A stretch of 64,000 bases of DNA from an uncultured delta proteobacterium. Lineage in GTDB: Bacteria > Desulfobacterota > Binatia > Binatales > Binataceae. The DNA lies in NCBI GenBank assembly GCA_963711565.1, contig CAVQEQ010000004.1, forward strand, positions 224,001-288,000, given 5' to 3'. The position numbers and the translations under genes are program-made. Below are positions 56,994 to 64,000 of the stretch, in pieces (the first letter of the stretch is position 1; each line of letters begins with the position of its first letter). A model generated the notes under the pieces. It saw nothing but the letters and a program-made list of their open reading frames with translations, did not search any database and was not told the DNA's origin.

Positions 56994-58967
56994 TCACGCC
57001 GATGCGGCTTCGTCGAACTTGACGAGGTCGGCGTACAGCTTCTCGATCTCGCGGCCGAGCCGTTCGTAGCGGGCAATCAGATCGTCGGCGTCTTTGCGCG
57101 CTAGATAGAAATTCGGATCGTTCATCTCGGTGGCAATCGCGGCGCGTTCGTTTTCCTTCTGTTCGATCTCGGCTTCGATCTGTCCACGCTGGCGGGCGAT
57201 TCGCTCGCGCTTGCGAGAAGCGTCGCGATCGTCTTTCTCCGGATGCGCGGCCTTCGGAGTTTCTTTCTTCTTTGGTTGCGGCGCGGTGCCATTGTTGCCG
57301 CGCGCGTCGCGCAAATGCACCGGCGCGGACCGCACGGGCTGCGCCGACGCCGACGGCGCCTCGGTCTGCGCCTTCTTCTCGAGGTACTCGTCGTAGTTGC
57401 CTAGGTAGCGAATCGCTTGTCCCTGGCCGACTTCGAGCACTTCGGTCACCAGCTCATTCAGGATGAAGCGATCGTGACTGACAATTATAACGGTGCCCGG
57501 AAATCGACGGAGCGCTTCCAGCAGCGTGTCCTTCGCGACGATATCGAGGTTGTTGGTCGGTTCGTCGAGCAGCAGGCAATTGCTCGGATGCGCGAGTACT
57601 TTCGCCAGCGCGAGCCGCGCGCGCTCGCCGCCCGACAGCACTTCGACCCGCTTCTGCACGTCGTCGCCCGAGAACAGCATCGCGCCGAGAATCGCGCGAA
57701 TCTCCGCCATCGTGCGGCCCTGCGCGCTGTCGCTCAGCTCGTCGAGCACCGTCTTGTCATACGAGAGCGACTCGGCGAGATTCTGCGCGAAGTACCCGGC
57801 CTGCACGCTGGCGCCCACGATTCGCTCGCCGCCGGTCATCGGCTCGACGCCCGCCAGCAGCTTCATCATGGTGGATTTTCCCGAGCCGTTGGGACCGACG
57901 AGAGCGATTCGCGCGCCGCGCTCGATCGTCAGATCGACGCCGTCGTAAACCGTGTGCGCGCCGTAGCGTTTGACCGCGCCCTTGAGCTCGAACACGCGCC
58001 GCGTGCTGCGCTCGCATTTGGGAAACGAAATCGCGGGCGGCTTCTGCGATCCTTCCGGCGGCTCGAGGCGTTCGAGCTTGTCGAGCTGCTTGATGCGGCT
58101 TTGCACGAGGCGCGCCTTGCTCGCCTGGTAGCGGAAGCGGCTGATGAAGCTTTCCATGTGCTCGATCTCTTCGCGCTGCCGCTCGTACGCCGCCATCTCG
58201 AGCGCGAACCGTTCCTCGCGCAGGACGAGGTAGCGCGAGTAGCCGCCGACGTATTCGGTCAGCCGCCCGCGCGACACTTCGACGGTGCGCTTGGTCACGC
58301 GGTCGAGAAAATAGCGGTCATGCGAGACGAGAATGATGCCGCCCTGGTACGCGACCAGGTAATCCTCGAGCCAGTTGCGCGCCTCGATGTCGAGATGGTT
58401 GGTCGGCTCGTCGAGCATCATGAAGTCGGGCGCGTCGAGCAGGAGCTTCGCCAGCGCGATACGCATCCGGATGCCGCCGGAGAATTCGCTGACATCGCGC
58501 GCGAGGTCTTCATCCGTAAAGCCCAGCCCGAACAGCACCGAGGTGGCGCGACTCTCGGCGCTGTAGAAGTCGTGATGCTCGAGCTCGGTCAGCACCTCGC
58601 CTAATTCCTCGAGCGCGGCGTCATGCGCCGGCCCGGAATGCTCGTGCGCGAGAATCTGCTCGACCTCCTTGCGGCGCAGGTCGAGCGCCTGCATCCGGTC
58701 CAGCGCCGCCAGCGTCTCGCGTAGCACCGACCTGCCGCCCATCTCGGGCGCGTCCTGCGCCAGGTAGCCGACGCGGGTGCGCTGCGGCCGGGCGATTCGC
58801 CCCGAATCCAGCGGGATCACCTCGGCGATCATCTTGAGCAGCGTCGATTTGCCGGCCCCGTTGAGCCCGACCAGGCCGACCCGGCCGTCGTCGGCCATCG
58901 ACCAGCTCACCCCGTCGAGGATCTTGCGGCCCCCGTAGGACTTGGAAAGGTTGTCGAGACTAAGCAT
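56994..58967 (-). CDS. ABC-F family ATPase (YheS/Uup-like)
   Basis: Two NBDs (GLNGAGKST, FSGG, LDEPTNHLD; GPNGSGKST, LSGGE, LDEPTNNLD), no TM, C-terminal coiled coil. Confidence 0.92.
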   Translation of the reverse strand: MLSLDNLSKSYGGRKILDGVSWSMADDGRVGLVGLNGAGKSTLLKMIAEVIPLDSGRIARPQRTRVGYLAQDAPEMGGRSVLRETLAALDRMQALDLRRKEVEQILAHEHSGPAHDAALEELGEVLTELEHHDFYSAESRATSVLFGLGFTDEDLARDVSEFSGGIRMRIALAKLLLDAPDFMMLDEPTNHLDIEARNWLEDYLVAYQGGIILVSHDRYFLDRVTKRTVEVSRGRLTEYVGGYSRYLVLREERFALEMAAYERQREEIEHMESFISRFRYQASKARLVQSRIKQLDKLERLEPPEGSQKPPAISFPKCERSTRRVFELKGAVKRYGAHTVYDGVDLTIERGARIALVGPNGSGKSTMMKLLAGVEPMTGGERIVGASVQAGYFAQNLAESLSYDKTVLDELSDSAQGRTMAEIRAILGAMLFSGDDVQKRVEVLSGGERARLALAKVLAHPSNCLLLDEPTNNLDIVAKDTLLEALRRFPGTVIIVSHDRFILNELVTEVLEVGQGQAIRYLGNYDEYLEKKAQTEAPSASAQPVRSAPVHLRDARGNNGTAPQPKKKETPKAAHPEKDDRDASRKRERIARQRGQIEAEIEQKENERAAIATEMNDPNFYLARKDADDLIARYERLGREIEKLYADLVKFDEAASA

Positions 58968-59080
58968 GGTGAAAGAAGTCATCTTAACAGCGCCGTTTGC
59001 GTGCCGAAAGTGACGCCCGCCCGCCATGATGTTTGAGGGGCTTCCTTGAAACCGAACATTATGTTAGGAAATGTTACACT

Positions 59081-62000
59081 ATGGCAAAATTCGCCCCCGG
59101 TTATCCGCTGCCCAGGAGCGCTGACGAGTTCGAAAGACTCTGTCTGAAGCTGCTGCGGCGTCATTGGCAGCTTCCTCAGCTCGAGCGATTCCGCGACCCG
59201 GATCGCGCCGAGAAGGGGATCAACCTGATCGAGATCAGCGGCCGTCCGCGACTCGCCGCCGTCAAGTGCGATCTGCGCGCCTCGCGCAGCGAACTGACGA
59301 TTGCCGAGATCAAGGACGCCGTGGACCGGGCCGCGAGCCTGAAGCTTCCAATCGGACGCTTCGTGATCGCGACTACGGCCGCCAAGCCTGAAGGCTTGCA
59401 ACGGTCGCTGTTCGATCTCAACCGCGCCAACCGCAAGGACGGCATCTCGGCGATCGAAGTTCTGACGTGGGATGATATTGAGGAGCTGCTCGACGAGTAT
59501 CCTCAGATACTCACCGACTTCGGAACCGCCGCCAAGCGCCAGGCGCTGACGCGCGCCGACGCGGTCGTTCATCTCGAGGCACGATGCGAGCCCGCGGCGC
59601 CGGGACCGTCCGACGCGCTGGGAGAGGAGATCTCGGCCGCCGCGGCTTTTCTTGAGAGCCACCAATATCAGCTTGCGCGCCTCGCCCTGCTCCGGCTGCG
59701 CGAGCAGAAGTGGAGCCAGCTCTCAAACCTGCACAAGTTCCGCGTGCTCTCGTATCTCGGCGCCGCATGGCTGAAGGAAGGCGAGCCGCGCAAATCGGCG
59801 ATGCTGTTTATCGCGGCGAAATCGTTGCAGCCCGACGAGGAGAACGCGTGCACCAACGAGGCGCTCGCGCACGAGCTGCTCGGTGAACGCGAGCGCGCGT
59901 TCGCCCTGGCCGACAAGCTGCGGATGCAATTTCCGTCGAGCGGCCGCGCGGTCGCGCTGTGGCTCAACAACGCGCCCAAGTCTTACGATGCGAGGACGCT
60001 CGAGGAAAACGTCGCGCCCGAGCTCTCATCCGATCCGGAAGTCGCGGTCGTGATGGCGCGCCGCGCGCTGCTCGATGCGCACTTCGATCGCGCTGAGCGC
60101 TATGCTCGCCTCGCCAGCGCCGCGTTGCCGAACAACTCGATCCCGTGGCTCGTCCTCGGACAGGCGATTCTGCTCAACGAACTGGAAGTCGCGGGAGAGG
60201 GCACGAGCGATGCGCCCGCGCAAAACGACGAGAACCGCGTGCGCGAAGCCGAGACTTCCTTCACCCAGGCGCTCACCCTCGCGCAGGCCGAACACCAGGC
60301 CTCGAGCGAAGTACAGGCGCTGATCGGACGGGCGCAGGCGCGAATTGCGCTGCGCGACACCGACGGCGCGGGCAAGGATATCGAACAAGCCCATAGCCTG
60401 GAGCGCGAGGATGCCAACGGGCTGTGCGAGTATGGAATCGTCCTGCGATCGCGCGGCAGCCTGACCGAGGCAATCGAAGTGTTGCGCCGCGCCGCTTCCG
60501 TCGGCGGCCGCGACGACATCGACTACCATCTCGCGGTCACGCTGCGCGAACGCGACGAGCCCGGCGATTTGCAGGAGGCCACCGAGCTGCTGATTCGATC
60601 GATCGCGCGGCCCGACGCGATCCCCGCCGGCGATTTTCCCTTCGCGGTCGCGGCCGCGGTCGAAGCGCTTTCGACCGCCGAGCGTTATCACGACGCCGAC
60701 GCGTTGCTGACCTCGATTGCAGAAGGGCGCCTGCCCGCGGTCACGATGCGTACGTTGCGCGCCAATCTACGACTGTCGCAAGGCAAGTTCGATCAAGCGT
60801 CAAAGCTTGCCGACGAGGCCCTGTCCGGACTCACGCCCGACATCGGCGCCGACAACCGGCGCAAACTCGCCGCGCTGCTCCATGATTTGGGACGTTATCG
60901 CGATGCGCTGCCGCTGTGGCAAACGCTCGCGCCCGCCGGCACCGCCGGGACGGATACCCGCCGCCTGCTCGATTGTGCGGGCCGCCTCGGCCGCGAAGAC
61001 ATCGTCGCAGAGATCTCGCGCCAGTTGCATCCCGAGAAAGCAGTCGATGCCACCTCTGCCGCCGATCAGCTTGACAAACTCGAACGCAGCGATCCCGAAG
61101 CCGCCCTGGCCGAACTCGAAGAGATGCTCCACGCGCGTCCCGATGACCGCGTGCTGCGGCTGCGTCGCTCGATTGTCGCGGCTCGCCTCGGCAAGGTGGA
61201 TTTGGTCGTCGCCGATCCGAATGCGATGCCGCCGGCGCGGGAAATTCCGCCGGCTCTCGGCCGCGCCGCCGTGCAATTCATGCGCGACGGTGGCCGCGCC
61301 AACGAGTCGCTCGCCTATGCTTACGAATTGCTGCGCCGTCAGGGTGGCAGCGTCGATGCGCATCGCGCGTACCTCGCCGCGCTCGGACCGGTCGGCCCGA
61401 TGCCGCATGTGCCCGATTTCGATAGCGCCGGCTCCGGGTGCGCGCTCAGCTTTGTCGAAGAAGGTTCCAACAGCGAAAAATGGATCATGCTCGAGGACGC
61501 CAACGACGCCGACGAGGCGCTCGACGAGTACGGCCCGCAACATCCGATGACCAAGGCCGTCAAGGGCAAGAAGGCCGGTGAAAAGTTCCAGCTTCCCGAA
61601 GGCCGCTTCAGCCGCCGTCAGGCCACTGTCAAGCAGATGATCAGCAAGTACGCATATCGCTACATGGACGTGCTCATTAACTGGCAGGCGCGATTCCCCG
61701 GCCAGGCTGAAATCGAAATGAGCTACGTGCGCTCCGACGCAATTCCCTGGAGCGATATGAATGACAGCTTCGAGTCGTTGTTCGAAGCGAGCAGCGGCAA
61801 TGGCAACGGCAACGGCGTCGCCATTGGCAATGGTGTCGCCAACGGCAAGGCTAATGGAATCGCCAATGGCCATGCCAACGTGAGTGCCAGCGGCAAGCGC
61901 GAGGACGTCCTCAAGCAGGCCGAGCGCACCTACGCCGACAACTCCATCCCGATCCATGCGGTGGCGGAACGGCTCAACCTGAACGATTTGCAGACCGTGT

Positions 62001-63016
62001 TCATCCTGGCCCAGCGTCCGGAGGCGCCGCTGAAGTGCTGCACCGGCTCGCCGGAGGAGCTAGAGGCCGCTCTGGGAGCCTTCGAGCGCGCCAACGCCGT
62101 CGTGCTCGATCTGACCGCGATCGCTACGCTGTGCATGCTCGGGCGGCTCAGCCTGCTGCCGACCTGGCCGCGTCAGTTCGTCATCTCGCAGTCCACGCTC
62201 GCCGAACTTCGGCGCTTGGCGTTCGAGGATACCCTCCTGCGCCTGCCGCCCGGATTCTCGGCCTCGATCGCCGGCACCGGCAACGATGGCAAGCGCGCCG
62301 ATGTCCAGTTGAAGGGGCTCGCCGATGCCTTGCAGTCGGTGTGCCGCGTGCGCGACGGCGCGGTGCTCGCCTCGATCGATCCTGAACGCCGCGAGCGGCT
62401 GGTCAAGTTCTTCGGCCGTCACGGCGCCGAGAGCATCGTGATCGGTTCGATGCCCGGGCACGTGCTCTGGACCGACGACATGATCCTTGCTGATCTCGCC
62501 AAGACTGAATTCGGTGTCCGACGCGTGTGGACCGAGGCGGCTCTGCAGGCTCGCGCGCAGGCGGGCAATCTCGATCCCGCCGAGTTGGCCACGGCCAGCA
62601 CCAAGCTCGCGGGCTGGGGCTACTCGTTTACAACCCCCAGCATCGAGACGCTGATGCGCGCGGGCTCGGTTGCGGTATGGAATCCCGATCAGTTCCCGCT
62701 CAAGCAGGCACTCGATCAGTTCGCGTCCGACTCGATGAACATTTCGGATGCAGTGCGGCTGGCGGCCGAGTTGATCGTCAAGATGTACAACGACCAGTAC
62801 CTGCGCGGGCAGCGCCGCACGGTGACCTCGCGGCTGCTCGACCGGCTCGCGATTCGCCCCGGCGGACGCGACGCTATCGAAACGCTGCCGCGGTCGTTGC
62901 CGATTCGCTTCGGACTCGACTTGATTCGGGCGCGCGAACTTAGCGACGTGGTGAGGGGATGGACCGCTTCCCAGGGTGAGGGACAGCAGACTGAGCGTCT
63001 GATGGCCGGTCGCTGA
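59081..63016 (+). CDS. Large multidomain protein: degenerate REase-like N-domain, TPR repeats, GreA/B-C-like domain, PIN domain (TPR-GreAB-C-PIN type)
   Basis: EFERLCLKLL...KGINLI...AAVKCD...EVLTWDDIEELL; TPR helices; HPMTKAVKGKKAGEKF; VVLDLTAI...LWTDD...EFGVRRVWT. Confidence 0.7.
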   Translation: MAKFAPGYPLPRSADEFERLCLKLLRRHWQLPQLERFRDPDRAEKGINLIEISGRPRLAAVKCDLRASRSELTIAEIKDAVDRAASLKLPIGRFVIATTAAKPEGLQRSLFDLNRANRKDGISAIEVLTWDDIEELLDEYPQILTDFGTAAKRQALTRADAVVHLEARCEPAAPGPSDALGEEISAAAAFLESHQYQLARLALLRLREQKWSQLSNLHKFRVLSYLGAAWLKEGEPRKSAMLFIAAKSLQPDEENACTNEALAHELLGERERAFALADKLRMQFPSSGRAVALWLNNAPKSYDARTLEENVAPELSSDPEVAVVMARRALLDAHFDRAERYARLASAALPNNSIPWLVLGQAILLNELEVAGEGTSDAPAQNDENRVREAETSFTQALTLAQAEHQASSEVQALIGRAQARIALRDTDGAGKDIEQAHSLEREDANGLCEYGIVLRSRGSLTEAIEVLRRAASVGGRDDIDYHLAVTLRERDEPGDLQEATELLIRSIARPDAIPAGDFPFAVAAAVEALSTAERYHDADALLTSIAEGRLPAVTMRTLRANLRLSQGKFDQASKLADEALSGLTPDIGADNRRKLAALLHDLGRYRDALPLWQTLAPAGTAGTDTRRLLDCAGRLGREDIVAEISRQLHPEKAVDATSAADQLDKLERSDPEAALAELEEMLHARPDDRVLRLRRSIVAARLGKVDLVVADPNAMPPAREIPPALGRAAVQFMRDGGRANESLAYAYELLRRQGGSVDAHRAYLAALGPVGPMPHVPDFDSAGSGCALSFVEEGSNSEKWIMLEDANDADEALDEYGPQHPMTKAVKGKKAGEKFQLPEGRFSRRQATVKQMISKYAYRYMDVLINWQARFPGQAEIEMSYVRSDAIPWSDMNDSFESLFEASSGNGNGNGVAIGNGVANGKANGIANGHANVSASGKREDVLKQAERTYADNSIPIHAVAERLNLNDLQTVFILAQRPEAPLKCCTGSPEELEAALGAFERANAVVLDLTAIATLCMLGRLSLLPTWPRQFVISQSTLAELRRLAFEDTLLRLPPGFSASIAGTGNDGKRADVQLKGLADALQSVCRVRDGAVLASIDPERRERLVKFFGRHGAESIVIGSMPGHVLWTDDMILADLAKTEFGVRRVWTEAALQARAQAGNLDPAELATASTKLAGWGYSFTTPSIETLMRAGSVAVWNPDQFPLKQALDQFASDSMNISDAVRLAAELIVKMYNDQYLRGQRRTVTSRLLDRLAIRPGGRDAIETLPRSLPIRFGLDLIRARELSDVVRGWTASQGEGQQTERLMAGR

Positions 63017-63035
63017 TCTGGGACGCCGATAGATC

Positions 63036-63062
63036 CGGTAGTGGGTCGATTGCCCACTACCG
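63036..63062. other. Perfect 10-bp hairpin (terminator-like or collapsed IS-end pair)
   Basis: CGGTAGTGGG-TCGATTG-CCCACTACCG; no T-tract. Confidence 0.5.
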
Positions 63063-63139
63063 TTGATCTCGGCGCGTCGTCTTAGCCTTCGCGATCGAGT
63101 ACAATCCCGCCCGGGCTACGGCCACAGGAGGAACGCACG

Positions 63140-63481
63140 ATGGCGGCAATCGGCGAAGGGGACCGGATCGTCCTCATCGATCGCAGGCTCTTCAAGGACG
63201 ACAACACCCGGATTTTCGTGGGCATCGTCGAGACCACCGACGGCGTACTGATTCGTGCCCGCGGCTATGTCTTTCACGTCAGCTCCTACGAAGTCGCTGG
63301 CCAGGAACGCCGCGGTGAAGAGCGTTTGCGCGTGTTCTCGATGGGCTCCGGGGACATCGTGTACCTCCTGCCGCCAGGCCAGGACATCTCGCGCCTGATG
63401 CTCAAGCGCTCGCCCAAGTCGATGACGCTGAGCGACGGCCAATACGCGATGGACCTGAGCGACTTCCTGCTCCGCGCCTAA
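63140..63481 (+). CDS. Hypothetical protein
   Basis: AGGAGG RBS, 113 aa, genome-like codon usage. Confidence 0.7.
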   Translation: MAAIGEGDRIVLIDRRLFKDDNTRIFVGIVETTDGVLIRARGYVFHVSSYEVAGQERRGEERLRVFSMGSGDIVYLLPPGQDISRLMLKRSPKSMTLSDGQYAMDLSDFLLRA

Positions 63482-63529
63482 ATTCGGCTCAAATATCCCT
63501 TCTCGCTACAGTTATAATAGTTGGCGAGA

Positions 63530-64000
63530 ATGGCAACAAAAGCGGTTACCAGCGGCGCATCCCGAACCGCATCAGCAAAATCGACAGCGTCCTGGATCTC
63601 GCGGCTGCCTGTATTCCTCAAAGCCCTCGGTCCCGGCATAGTCACCGGTGCGGCTGACGACGATCCCAGCGGAATCGCGACCTATTCCCAGGTCGGCGCG
63701 CAGTTTGGATTCGCGATGCTCTGGACGATGGTTCTTACCTACCCGCTAATGGCGGCGATCCAGGAAATCAGCGCATGGATCGGGCGCGTCACCGGTATAG
63801 GACTGGCTGGCAACATCCGCCGCCACTACTCACCTCTTATTCTCTATCCCCTGGTCGCGCTCTTGCTGATCGCCAACGTGATCAACCTGGGCGCCGACAT
63901 AGGCGCTATGGGAAGCGCGCTGGAATTGGTGGTAGGAGGACCCGCGCTTTTGTATACCGTCGCATTCGGAGTGATTTCAGTGATAGCCGCGATCGCCTTT
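63530..64000 (+). CDS. NRAMP-family divalent metal transporter, partial (runs off the window end)
   Basis: Hand translation: LGPGIVTGAADDDPSGIATYSQVGAQFGFAMLW...IQEISAWIGRVTGIGL...ANVINLGADIGAMG. TATAAT at 63513. Confidence 0.88.
   Translation, partial: MATKAVTSGASRTASAKSTASWISRLPVFLKALGPGIVTGAADDDPSGIATYSQVGAQFGFAMLWTMVLTYPLMAAIQEISAWIGRVTGIGLAGNIRRHYSPLILYPLVALLLIANVINLGADIGAMGSALELVVGGPALLYTVAFGVISVIAAIAF

Noticed and set aside
59054-59066. AACAT-T-ATGTT palindrome as a LexA box in the divergent promoter
   Set aside because: Spacing does not fit GAAC-N4-GTTC, it is a single short instance, and no regulator can be assigned.

Overview
GC-rich bacterial chromosome segment. The F420 genes (cofC, LLM oxidoreductase), Mla system, Thr-linker/ASH-domain surface proteins and the 'MKPxHxAALALVGW' secreted family suggest Candidatus Binatota (inference). 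The backbone is housekeeping: efp, rplU-rpmA-(LLM-F420)-obgE-proB-proA-nadD-rsfS, sufT, cofC-mlaEFDCA, pdhA-pdhB-pdhC / lpdA-lipB-lipA, ABC-F and a cobalamin riboswitch in front of a lone tonB. No rRNA, tRNA or CRISPR array was seen. The strongest candidate for an undescribed system is at 16561-21537: an amidohydrolase / crotonase / acyl-CoA ligase / degenerate crotonase operon bracketed by two tiny desulforedoxin-like (CxxC...CC) genes that the ORF track missed, one ending in a KPLPSSD tail (possible carrier protein). Other highlights: transposase-less single-gene islets with IS1-like ends or 3'-end gene duplications; two families of structured intergenic repeats; a HEPN protein with a 58-aa tandem duplication; a degenerate-nuclease / zeta-like ATPase pair inserted in the PDH operon; a large degenerate-REase-TPR-GreAB-PIN protein; an Asn-tipped EF-P; and two single-base frameshifts. 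All calls come from motif recognition by eye; no database searches were run.
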